64,000 nt of DNA from Anaeramoeba ignava BMAN. Its lineage: Eukaryota; Protista; Anaeramoebae. The notes under the pieces were generated by a model. The model was not told the DNA's origin and did no database searches. It saw only the letters and a program-made list of their open reading frames with translations. Of this stretch, positions 11,465 to 21,223 are shown piece by piece (the first letter of the stretch is position 1; each line of letters starts with the position of its first letter). The translations under genes were made by a program, and so were the position numbers. Location of the stretch: NCBI GenBank assembly GCA_028826165.1, contig JAPDFW010000125.1:682001-746000 (forward strand), in the 5' to 3' direction.

Positions 11465-13234
11465 ATGAATGAAATTTTATTTTTTGGTGCAAATCAATAT
11501 CCAAATCTTTTCAAAAATAAACCAAATGAAATAACAAAACCAATTCAATTTAAATTTGAAAATGAAAATGAAAATGAAAATGAAAAACAAATTAAAAAAG
11601 TTTCAACAGGAGAATATTCAATAATTTTCCTTTTTAAAAATGGAAAAGCAATAGAATATTTAAATAAAGAATATTCAAAACCAAATCCTGAAAAAATCCA
11701 AATTGAAAATATTCAAAAAATTTCTGTTGGAAAAAATGTTGAAGCTATTTTAACAAAAGAAGGAAATGCATTTGCAAAAGGAGAAAATATTAATTCAAAT
11801 AATCCAAATGAATTTATCAATATTTCATCATTAATTGAAGATACAAATGATAGAATAATTGAAGATATTGCTTCTGGATTAAATACAATTTACTTATTAA
11901 CTTCAAATCAAAATGCTTATGGAATTGGTTCAAATGAAGATGGTCAAATTGGTTCTGATTATGAAATACTTAAAGAAACAGAAAAACCAATTTTAATGAT
12001 GAAAAATGTTTCTAAGATATTTTCAGGAAGTTATTCAAAATCTGTTTTTCTTTTAAATTCAAATCAAGAATTATTTGGATCAGGAAATAATTTTTCAGGA
12101 GAACTTGGATTAGGAGAATCAAGAAAAAAAGAAACAAAAATCAAAAAATTAACCAAAATCCAAAATATTCCAAAAGGCAAAATAATTGATATTCAATCTG
12201 GAGGTTGGCATTCAATAATGTTGATTGAAAAAGAAGATCAAAATGAAAATCCAAAAAGAAAACTTTATTCATGTGGGCATTCTAATTATAATGGCAAAGA
12301 TGAAACTACTTATGAATTTACTGAAATCAAATCATCTTTATTTGAAAATGATGATAATATTATTGATTTTTCTGTTGGATATTTTCATACTTTGATTTTA
12401 ACTTCCAATTCAAAATTGATTGGATTTGGAAGTAATTATTTTGGCCAATTAGGTCCTAAAGATACACCAACAGTTTTCAAAAAAAAGCCAACTTTAATTG
12501 AATTTCCTGAATTAAGATTTAATGAAGATATTTTCAATTATCATGTTTATTGTGGAAATTCCAATTCATTTCTTTATTATTCTTCTCCTTCTTTTTCCAA
12601 TCTTGAAGAAGATTTGATAAAATTATTTAGAAGAAAAGAATTTTGCAATATTTCATTTAAAACAGAAAATGGAGAAATAATCAAAGCTCATAAATTAATA
12701 TTGAAATATAGATTAAATCAAAATCAAAATGAAATTGAAAATCTTCAAGAAATTATTTCAACAAAATCAATTAAAGAATCAAATCAAATATTTGAAATGA
12801 TTTATTCAAACAGAATAATAAATCCAAAATTATATTCTGAAATTAAAGAAATTATAAATTCAAATGAAAAAATTGAAGAAACAATGAAAAGAATTTATTT
12901 AAATGAAAATGAAAAAGATTTTATAATTGAAAGAAAAGAAAAACAATATAAATTTCCAAAATTAATATTAATAATGAGAAGTGAATTATATCGAGGAATG
13001 TTTTTATCTGTAACAGAAGATACTTCTAATAAAGTTACAGATTATAGTGAATTAAGTGATAAATCATTTCAAATATTTGAATATTGGATTTATTCAAATC
13101 AAATTAAAAATGAAATTCAAATTACAAACGATATAATTGAAGAAATTGAAATTGGAATTGATTATTTTCAATTAAATCAAACAAATCCAAATTTATTTGA
13201 TTTATTAATTAACAAATTTAATAATCAAAATTAA
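11465..13234 (+). CDS. R7: RCC1 + tandem BTB protein, non-CaaX
   Basis: Same architecture; ends FNNQN*. Confidence 0.92.
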   Translation: MNEILFFGANQYPNLFKNKPNEITKPIQFKFENENENENEKQIKKVSTGEYSIIFLFKNGKAIEYLNKEYSKPNPEKIQIENIQKISVGKNVEAILTKEGNAFAKGENINSNNPNEFINISSLIEDTNDRIIEDIASGLNTIYLLTSNQNAYGIGSNEDGQIGSDYEILKETEKPILMMKNVSKIFSGSYSKSVFLLNSNQELFGSGNNFSGELGLGESRKKETKIKKLTKIQNIPKGKIIDIQSGGWHSIMLIEKEDQNENPKRKLYSCGHSNYNGKDETTYEFTEIKSSLFENDDNIIDFSVGYFHTLILTSNSKLIGFGSNYFGQLGPKDTPTVFKKKPTLIEFPELRFNEDIFNYHVYCGNSNSFLYYSSPSFSNLEEDLIKLFRRKEFCNISFKTENGEIIKAHKLILKYRLNQNQNEIENLQEIISTKSIKESNQIFEMIYSNRIINPKLYSEIKEIINSNEKIEETMKRIYLNENEKDFIIERKEKQYKFPKLILIMRSELYRGMFLSVTEDTSNKVTDYSELSDKSFQIFEYWIYSNQIKNEIQITNDIIEEIEIGIDYFQLNQTNPNLFDLLINKFNNQN

Positions 13235-13409
13235 AATTAAAAATTAAAATCAAAATTAAAATCTAAAAATTAAAATTAAAATTAAAATTAAAATTAAAAT
13301 TAAAATTAAAATTAATATTAAAATTAAAATTAAAATTAAAATTAAAATTAAAACCAAAATTAAAATTAAAATTCCAAAATCATTTTTTTCATTTTTTTTC
13401 ATTTCAAAA

Positions 13410-15170
13410 ATGAATGAAATTTTATTTTTTGGTGCAAATAAATATCCAAAACTTTTTAAAAATGAACCAATAATAATAATAAAACCAATTCAATTTAAAT
13501 TTGAAAATGAAAATAAAAATGAAAATGAAAATGAAAAACAAATTAAACAAATTTCAACAGGAGATTTTTCAACGATTTTCCTTTTTGAAAATGGAAAAGC
13601 AATAGAATATTTAACTGGAAATGATTCAAATCCAAATCCTGAAAAAATCCAAATTGAAAATATTCAAAAAATTGTTAGTGGCCGAAGTATCAAATCTATT
13701 TTAACAAAAGAAGGAAATGTATTTGCCAAAGGAAAAGATATTAATCCAAATAATCCAAATCAATTTATCAATATTTCATCACTAATTGAAGATACAAATG
13801 ATAGAATAATTGAAGATATTGTTTCCGGATTAAATTCAATTTATTTATTAACTTCAAATCAAAATGCTTATGGAATTGGTTCAAATCAATTTGGTCAACT
13901 TGGTTTTGATTCTAAAACACTTAAAAAAACACAAAAACCAATTTTAATGATGAAAAATGTTTCTAAAATATTTTCAGGAAGTTATTCAAATCATGTTTTT
14001 CTTTTAAATTCAAATCAAGAATTATTTGGATGCGGAAATAATGAAGATGGCCAAGTTGGATTAGGAAAATCAAGAAAAGGAGAAACAAAAATCAAAAAAT
14101 TAACCCAAATCCAAAATATTCCAAAAGGTAAAATAATTGATATTCAATGTGGATTTTATCATTCAATAATGTTGATTGAAAATCAAAATGAAAATCCAAA
14201 AAGAAAACTTTATTCATGTGGATATTCTAATTATAATGGCAAAGATGAAACTATTTATGAATTTACTGAAATCAAATCATCTTTATTTGAAAATGATAAT
14301 ATTCTTGATTTTTCTGTTGGATATTTTCATACTTTGATTTTAACTTCTAATTCAAAATTGATTGGATTTGGAAGTAATTATTTTGGTCAATTAGGTCCTA
14401 AAGATACATCAACAGTTTTCAAAAAAAAGCCAACTTTAATTGAATTTCCTGAATTAAGATTTAATGAAGATATTTCCAATTATCATGTTTATTGTGGAAA
14501 TTCCAATTCATTTCTTTATTATTCTCCTTCTTTTTCCAATCTTGAAGAAGATTTGATTAAATTATTTAAAAGAAAAGAATTTTGCAATATTTCATTTAAA
14601 ACCGAAAATGGAGAAATAATCAAAGCTCATAAATTAATATTGAAATATAGATTAAATCAAAATGAAAATGAAATTGAAAAACTTCAAGAAATTATTTCAA
14701 AAAAATCAATTAAAGAATCAAATCAAATATTTGAAATGATTTATTCAAATAGAATAATAAATCCAAAATTATATTCTGAAATTAAAGAAATTATAAATTC
14801 AAATGAAAAAATTGAAGAAACAATGAAAAGAATTTATTTAAATGAAAATGAAAATGAAAAAGATTTTATAATTGAAAGAAAAGAAAAACAATATAAATTC
14901 CCTAAATTAATATTAATAATGAGAAGTGAATTATATCGAGGAATGTTTTTATCTGTAACAGAAGATAAATCTAATAAAGTTACAGATTATAGTGAATTAA
15001 GTAATAAATCATTTCAAATATTTGAATATTGGATTTATTCAAATCAAATTAAAGAAGGAATTCAAATTACAAACGATATAATTGAAGAACTTAAAATTGG
15101 AATTGATTATTTTCAATTAAATCAAACAAATCCAAATTTATTTGATTTATTAATTAACAAATTTAATTAA
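13410..15170 (+). CDS. R8: RCC1 + tandem BTB protein, non-CaaX
   Basis: Same architecture; ends LINKFN*. Confidence 0.92.
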   Translation: MNEILFFGANKYPKLFKNEPIIIIKPIQFKFENENKNENENEKQIKQISTGDFSTIFLFENGKAIEYLTGNDSNPNPEKIQIENIQKIVSGRSIKSILTKEGNVFAKGKDINPNNPNQFINISSLIEDTNDRIIEDIVSGLNSIYLLTSNQNAYGIGSNQFGQLGFDSKTLKKTQKPILMMKNVSKIFSGSYSNHVFLLNSNQELFGCGNNEDGQVGLGKSRKGETKIKKLTQIQNIPKGKIIDIQCGFYHSIMLIENQNENPKRKLYSCGYSNYNGKDETIYEFTEIKSSLFENDNILDFSVGYFHTLILTSNSKLIGFGSNYFGQLGPKDTSTVFKKKPTLIEFPELRFNEDISNYHVYCGNSNSFLYYSPSFSNLEEDLIKLFKRKEFCNISFKTENGEIIKAHKLILKYRLNQNENEIEKLQEIISKKSIKESNQIFEMIYSNRIINPKLYSEIKEIINSNEKIEETMKRIYLNENENEKDFIIERKEKQYKFPKLILIMRSELYRGMFLSVTEDKSNKVTDYSELSNKSFQIFEYWIYSNQIKEGIQITNDIIEELKIGIDYFQLNQTNPNLFDLLINKFN

Positions 15171-15234
15171 AATCAAAAATTTTTTTTTCATTTTTCATTT
15201 TTCATTTTTCATTTTTCATTTCAAAATTTAAAAA

Positions 15235-16173
15235 ATGTGGAACAAAAAAGAAAAAATAAAAGGTTTTTTATTTTGATTTTGATTTTGATTTTGATTTTTA
15301 TTTGATTTTGATTTTGATTTTGATTTTGATTTTGATTTTAATTTTAATTTTAATTTTTAATTTTAATTTATTTTAAAAGGAATTCCAACACTCATTCCAA
15401 CAAACTTACCAGAAAATATTCTTAAAGCATTAATACTTCGAATTCGATTTGAAGAAATTCAATATCGACTTAAAACAAAACAATTTGATGCAGAAAAAGT
15501 TCTTGAATCATTTGGATATTCAGAAAATGAAGTATCAAAAGAAAACAAACAAGAAAAAGCAACACAATTACTTTTTAAAGAAAGAGAAGAAATAATTGAA
15601 AAAATAAACGAAATGAAGCCAGAATTTACATTGCCAAAAGAAATGGAGTTGAGCAAACCGAAAATAAGAGCAAAAGTATATATTCCTCAATTAGAAAGAC
15701 CTGATATTAATTTTATGGGGTTATTAATTGGCCCAAGAGGAAAAACAATAAAGGAACTACAATTAAGTACAAACACTAAAATTTCAATTAAAGGAAGAGG
15801 AAGTGACAAGCATAATCAAGGTATTATCAATCCTTTTAGTGATGAAGAGGAAATGCATGCATTGATTATTGGCGATGATGAAGAATCAGTTGAAAAAGCA
15901 AAGGAATCAATCCAAAAAATTATCTCTTCTGAAGAAGATTCAATCAATCAAATCAAAACTAAACAACTTAGAGAACTTGCTAAAATTCAAGGAACTTTGA
16001 TTGAAAATCATCCCTTCAATAATTCTTTACAAAATCAAAATACTCAAAAGGAAGTCAATCAGGATGAAAATGTTCCTCAAGAATTTAGTAATGAATATGA
16101 TTCCTATCTCAAAGAAATTCAATCTGGTTTCGGTTTAAATCAAAATCAAAATCAAAATCAAAATCAAAATTAA
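15235..16173 (+). CDS. SF1: Splicing factor 1 / branchpoint-bridging protein homolog (KH-QUA2); exons 15235-15262 and 15380-16173
   Basis: GT..AG intron 15263-15379 joins MWNKKEKIKG to IPTLIPTNLP (SF1 helix-hairpin-like); KH motif KVYIP...INFMGLLIGPRGKTIKELQ...KISIKGRGS; QUA2 KQLRELAKIQGTL. Confidence 0.85.
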
Positions 16174-16186
16174 AAATTATTTTTTT

Positions 16187-19100
16187 TTAAATCATCTCAA
16201 AATATTCCCATTTTATAAATAAATCAATTATTGATTGTTCATTCAATTGATAATAATCTTTTAAATCTTTAAATTCTGAAATTTTTTCTTTTACGATTCT
16301 TTTTTCATTAAATTCATCATGATAAAGAAAATAAATTAATTCTTGGATTGTTTGAAATGATTTCCCTGAATAATCATGAACTTGATTAGATGAATCTTGA
16401 ACATTTAATTGAAACATTCCCTTAAATAATTCACTTCTCAATATTAAAATTAATTTATGAACTTTGATCTCCTTTTGTTTATCCAAAATTATTGTGAAAT
16501 CTTTTGATGATTCTTGTTGATATAATTGATGAAAATCTTTCAATATTCCTTTCCTTCCTTTTTTTTGATTGATCCAATCTGAATTAAATCCAAGATCTTT
16601 GAAAAATTGTTCTAAATCTTGTTGTTGTTTCAAAATATCTTCAAAAATCAAAGCTCCTTTTTCTTTATCCCTTTTCGTAAGCCTAAAATAATTCTTATTT
16701 TTATCAGATTTTGCTTCAATTATTTGCATTTTTTGAATTAAATATTCAAAATCAAGAAAACCTGTGTAAAGAAAATTTAAAGCATATTGAACAATTTCTT
16801 TTGATTTTGTTTGGCAAATATTAATGAATTTTTGAATCATTTTGGGATCATTGCCAAATCGTGTTGATAATATTAAGGAATGAACATGAAATTTTGAAAA
16901 GTCATTAGACTGAATTATTAAATCCGAGAAATCATCACTTGACTTCAGTAAATTTTGCAAATCTTCATTAAGCGAGTAAACTTGACGAAAAGTTGATAAA
17001 AAATTATGTTTTATGTGGATATCTTTCAAATCAAAAATATTTGGATCATTCATTAATAAAACTATTAAAACTAATTTATCTATTCTTCTTGGAATTTCAC
17101 ATGCCATTAAAAAAGGTGTTTTCTTTGAATGATTCTTTATGTTAATATCTGCTCCTTTGGAAATTAAATAGTCAATAATTTGAAATGACAGGAAATATTT
17201 CTGATAGAATACAAAATGGAGAGCAGTCTCTTCATCCTTGGTTCTTGCATTAATATCAACTCCTTTTTCAACAAGAAGCTTGATAATTGGGAGTGATTTG
17301 GAAAATTGACAAGCATAATGTAAAATAGTTTCATTTTTAATTGTTTTTTGATTAATATCAACATTTTTTGAAAGCAGATATTCGATAATTTCAATTGAAT
17401 TATTTTGATTTTTGCAAGCATAATGTAAAAATGTCTCATTCTCGTTTGTTTTTATGTTAAGATCAACTTTTTCAACAAGATATTGAATGAGTTTAAGTGA
17501 TTTGGAAAATTGACAAGCATAATGTAAAATAGTTTCATTTTTAATTGTTTTTTGATTAATATCAACATTTTTTGAAAGCAGATATTCGATAACTTCAATT
17601 GAATTATTTTGATTTTTGCAAGCATAATGTAAAATGGTTTCATCTTTATTTGTTTTTTCATGAATATTGACATCTTTTGAAATGATATATTTGATAAAAT
17701 CCATTGAATTATATTGACAAGCAAAATGCAATACTGATTCATTATCAGATGTTTTGGAATGAACACTAACACCTTGTGAAATCAAAAAATCAATAATTTC
17801 AATTTTTGGTTGCCTTGTTTCGCATAGAAAATGTAAAAGCGTTTGGTTGTTAGTTATTTTCACGTTAACATCTGCTCCTTTATCTACTAAATATCGGATA
17901 TCCTCAATCGGAAAATTATTTTGGCAAGCAAGATATAAAATTGTGAGATTGTTTTCCGTTGTTTCATTTATATTTGCTCCTTTTTCAATCAAATATTTCA
18001 CAACTTCAAATGATTGGTTGTAAAAAGAGTAGTGCAAAGGTGTTGATTGTATAATATCAAATAGATCGTAAATAAATGTCTTGGCATTCACATTAGCACC
18101 ATTCTCAACCAATAATTTGATAAGTTCAAATGAATCTTTTTTCTGACAAACGAAATGCAAAGCTGTTTCATTGTCGGTATTCTCAATATTTACATCGATC
18201 CCCTTTTCAATCAAGTATTTTATAACTTCGAATTGCTCTTTTGTTTTCTGTTTGCGACAAAGTATATGCAGTAGTGTTTCGTTTTGATTTGCTCTCGAAT
18301 TAATATCAACACCTTTTTCAACAAAATACTTAATAATTTCAAGTGGATTCTCTTCGTGGCAAGCATAATGTAAAATTGTTTCATTTTGATTCGTCTTTTG
18401 ATGGATATTTACACCTTTTTCAACAAGATATTGCATAACCTGAATTGATTTTTGTTGATTTCTACAAGCATAATGCAAAATTGTTTCATTACGATTGGTT
18501 TTTGAATTAATATCAGCTCCTTTCTCAATTATATATTTAATAATATCAAGTGAATTATATTCGCAAGCATAATGTAAAATTGTTTCATTATAACTTGTTT
18601 TTGCATTAATATCAACTCCTTTCTCAATTAAATACTTAATAACTTCAAGTGAATTACATTTGCAAGCATAATGTAAAATTGTTTCATTATAACTTGTTTT
18701 TGCATTAATATCAACTCCTTTTTCAATTAAATATTTAATAACTTCAGGTGAATTCGTTTCATTTTTACAAGCATAATGCAAAATTGTTTCATTTTGATGT
18801 GTTTTTGCATTAATATCAGCATCATGCTTAAGGAGAATGTTAATGAAATCAAATTTGTTATTTGCTTTCCAATGGCTCATCATATAATGCAACGGTGTTA
18901 TTCCTTGATTATCTCTTTCATTAATATCAACACCGTTTTCAATCAAAAAAGTAATTGTTTTCATTTCGAAATTTTTTTTTATCGCAATATGTAAAAGATT
19001 TTTTCCAAAATTATCAACCAAATTTGGGTTTATTCCTTTTGTTATCAAAAATTCGAGAACTTCAAAAGATATTCGTTCAATTTTTTCGAAATTGAATTTA

Positions 19101-19195
19101 ATTTTGTCTTTTTTTAGTAAATCAATTTCGGAAAAATTTTCAATATTTTTTAGATATTCAATATCATTTTTTTCAATAATCTCAAACAAATCCAT
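16187..19195 (-). CDS. A1: ankyrin-repeat + tandem BTB protein (1002 aa)
   Basis: Many NET.LHYAC...IKYL.EKG.DIN ankyrin repeats; BTB motifs FSDLII..FHVHSLILSTRF and KDFTII..VHKLILILRSELFKGMF. Confidence 0.92.
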   Translation of the reverse strand: MDLFEIIEKNDIEYLKNIENFSEIDLLKKDKIKFNFEKIERISFEVLEFLITKGINPNLVDNFGKNLLHIAIKKNFEMKTITFLIENGVDINERDNQGITPLHYMMSHWKANNKFDFINILLKHDADINAKTHQNETILHYACKNETNSPEVIKYLIEKGVDINAKTSYNETILHYACKCNSLEVIKYLIEKGVDINAKTSYNETILHYACEYNSLDIIKYIIEKGADINSKTNRNETILHYACRNQQKSIQVMQYLVEKGVNIHQKTNQNETILHYACHEENPLEIIKYFVEKGVDINSRANQNETLLHILCRKQKTKEQFEVIKYLIEKGIDVNIENTDNETALHFVCQKKDSFELIKLLVENGANVNAKTFIYDLFDIIQSTPLHYSFYNQSFEVVKYLIEKGANINETTENNLTILYLACQNNFPIEDIRYLVDKGADVNVKITNNQTLLHFLCETRQPKIEIIDFLISQGVSVHSKTSDNESVLHFACQYNSMDFIKYIISKDVNIHEKTNKDETILHYACKNQNNSIEVIEYLLSKNVDINQKTIKNETILHYACQFSKSLKLIQYLVEKVDLNIKTNENETFLHYACKNQNNSIEIIEYLLSKNVDINQKTIKNETILHYACQFSKSLPIIKLLVEKGVDINARTKDEETALHFVFYQKYFLSFQIIDYLISKGADINIKNHSKKTPFLMACEIPRRIDKLVLIVLLMNDPNIFDLKDIHIKHNFLSTFRQVYSLNEDLQNLLKSSDDFSDLIIQSNDFSKFHVHSLILSTRFGNDPKMIQKFINICQTKSKEIVQYALNFLYTGFLDFEYLIQKMQIIEAKSDKNKNYFRLTKRDKEKGALIFEDILKQQQDLEQFFKDLGFNSDWINQKKGRKGILKDFHQLYQQESSKDFTIILDKQKEIKVHKLILILRSELFKGMFQLNVQDSSNQVHDYSGKSFQTIQELIYFLYHDEFNEKRIVKEKISEFKDLKDYYQLNEQSIIDLFIKWEYFEMI

Positions 19196-19243
19196 TTTAT
19201 TTTGAAAAGAAAAAAATGAAAAATGAAAAAATTAATTTGATTT

Positions 19244-19317
19244 TAATTAATAAATCAAATAAATTTGGATTTGTTTGATTTAATTGAAAATAATCAATTT
19301 TTATTAATAATTTCTTT
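19244..19317 (-). pseudogene. Relic copy of the RCC1-BTB 3' end, downstream of the R9 stop
   Basis: Minus strand reads ...ATTGATTATTTTCAATTAAATCAAACAAATCCAAATTTATTTGATTTATTAATT (IDYFQLNQTNPNLFDLLI) immediately after CLIF*. Confidence 0.85.
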
Positions 19318-21084
19318 TTAGAAAATTAAACATTTTTCTTTCTTTTTTTGATTATTAAATTTGTTAATTAATAAATCAAATAAATTTGGATTTGTTTGAT
19401 TTAATTGAAAATAATCAATTGCTCTTACAATTTCATTAATGATTTCTTGTGTAATTTGAATTTCTTCTTTAATTTGATTTGAATAAATCCAATATTCAAA
19501 TATTTGAAATGATTTATTACTTAATTCACTATAATCTGTAACTTTATTAGATTTATCTTCAGTTACAGATAAAAACATTCCTCGATATAATTCACTTCTC
19601 ATTATTAATATTAATTTTGGAAATTTATATTGTTTTTCTTTTCTTTCAATTATAAAATCATTTTCATTTTCATTTAAATAAATTCTTTTAATTGTTTCTT
19701 CAATTTTTTCATTTGAATTTATAATTTCTTTAATTTCTGAATATAATTTTTGATTTATTATTCTGTTTGAATAAATCATTTCAAATATTTGATTTGATTC
19801 TTTAATTGATTTATTTGAAATAATTTCTTGAAGATTTTCAATTTGATTTTCATTTTGATTTAATCTATATTTCAATATTAATTTATGAGCTTCAATTCTT
19901 TCTTCATTTTCTGTTTTAAATGAAATATCACAAAATTCTTTTCTTCTAAATAATTTTATCAAATCTTCTTCAAGATTGGAAAAAGGAGGAGAATAATAAA
20001 GAAATGAATTGTAATTTCCACAATAAACATGATAATTGGAAATAGATTCATTAAATCTTAATTTAGGAAGTTCAATTTGGATTGGAATTAATTGCTTCTC
20101 TGTATCTCCAATTCCTAATTCACCAGAATCATTATTTCCAAATCCGATCAATTTCCCTTTTGTTGTTAAAATCAAAGTATGAAAAGATCCAACAGAAATA
20201 TCAAGAATATCATCATCATTTTCAAATAAAGATGATTTGATTTCAGTAAATTCATAAGTATCTTCTTTTTTGCCAAGTCCATTGAAAAGGTATCTTCCAC
20301 ATGAATAAAGTTTTCTTTTTGGATTTTCATTTTCATTTTCAATCAACATTATTGAATGACAATATCCACATTGAATATCAATTATTTTACCTTTTGGAAT
20401 ATTTTGGATTTTGGTTAATTTTTGGATTTTTGTTTCTTTTATTGATTCTCTTAATCCAAGTTGACTATATTGATTATTTCCGCATCCAAATAATTCTTGA
20501 TTTGAATTTAAAAGAAAAACATGATTTGAAGTATCTCCTGAAAATATTTTAGAAACATTTTTCATCATTAAAATTGGTTTTTCTGTTTTTTCAAGTGTTT
20601 TAGAATCAAAACCAAGTTGACCATATTCATTAGAACCAATTCCATAAGCATTTTGATTTGAAGTTAATAAGTAAATTGAACTATCTCCAGAAACAATATC
20701 TTGAATTATTCTATCATTTGTATCTTCAATTAATGATGAAATATTGATAAATTCTTTTGGATTATTTGGATTAATATAATATCCTTTGGCAAATACATTT
20801 CCTTCTATTGTTAAAATAGCTTCATTTTGATTACCAACAGTTACTTTTTGAATATTTTCTTCAATTTGGATTTTTTGTGGATTTCGTTTTGAAAATGGTA
20901 AATATTCTATTACTTTTCTATTTTCAAAAAGGAAAATTGTTGAAAAAAAACTTGATGAAATTTGTTTAATTTGTTTTTCATTTTCATTTTCAAATTTAAA
21001 TTGAATTGGTTTTTTTATTATATTTGGTTTGTTTTTGAAAATATTTAGATATTGATTATCACCAAAAAATATAATTTCATTCAT
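19318..21084 (-). CDS. R9: RCC1 + tandem BTB protein with CaaX (CLIF)
   Basis: Same architecture; ends NNQKKKEKCLIF*. Confidence 0.92.
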   Translation of the reverse strand: MNEIIFFGDNQYLNIFKNKPNIIKKPIQFKFENENEKQIKQISSSFFSTIFLFENRKVIEYLPFSKRNPQKIQIEENIQKVTVGNQNEAILTIEGNVFAKGYYINPNNPKEFINISSLIEDTNDRIIQDIVSGDSSIYLLTSNQNAYGIGSNEYGQLGFDSKTLEKTEKPILMMKNVSKIFSGDTSNHVFLLNSNQELFGCGNNQYSQLGLRESIKETKIQKLTKIQNIPKGKIIDIQCGYCHSIMLIENENENPKRKLYSCGRYLFNGLGKKEDTYEFTEIKSSLFENDDDILDISVGSFHTLILTTKGKLIGFGNNDSGELGIGDTEKQLIPIQIELPKLRFNESISNYHVYCGNYNSFLYYSPPFSNLEEDLIKLFRRKEFCDISFKTENEERIEAHKLILKYRLNQNENQIENLQEIISNKSIKESNQIFEMIYSNRIINQKLYSEIKEIINSNEKIEETIKRIYLNENENDFIIERKEKQYKFPKLILIMRSELYRGMFLSVTEDKSNKVTDYSELSNKSFQIFEYWIYSNQIKEEIQITQEIINEIVRAIDYFQLNQTNPNLFDLLINKFNNQKKKEKCLIF

Positions 21085-21126
21085 TTTTGAAAAGAAAAAA
21101 ATGAAAAATTAAAAATGAAAATAATT

Positions 21127-21223
21127 TTAATTTTGATTATTAAATTTGATAATTAATAAATCAAATAAATTTGGATTTGTTTGATTTAATTAAAAATAAT
21201 CAATTTTTATTAATAATTTCTTT
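21127..21223 (-). pseudogene. Relic copy of the non-CaaX RCC1-BTB 3' end, downstream of the R10 stop
   Basis: Minus strand encodes IDYF*LNQTNPNLFDLLIIKFNNQN* with an internal stop. Confidence 0.85.

Noticed and set aside
10883-11468. Poly-IL, poly-FN, poly-KL/KI ORFs here and at 29202, 31152-31620, 35340-35820, 37629, 39722, 41709-42075
   Set aside because: Stop-free frames of the hexamer satellite; no coding complexity
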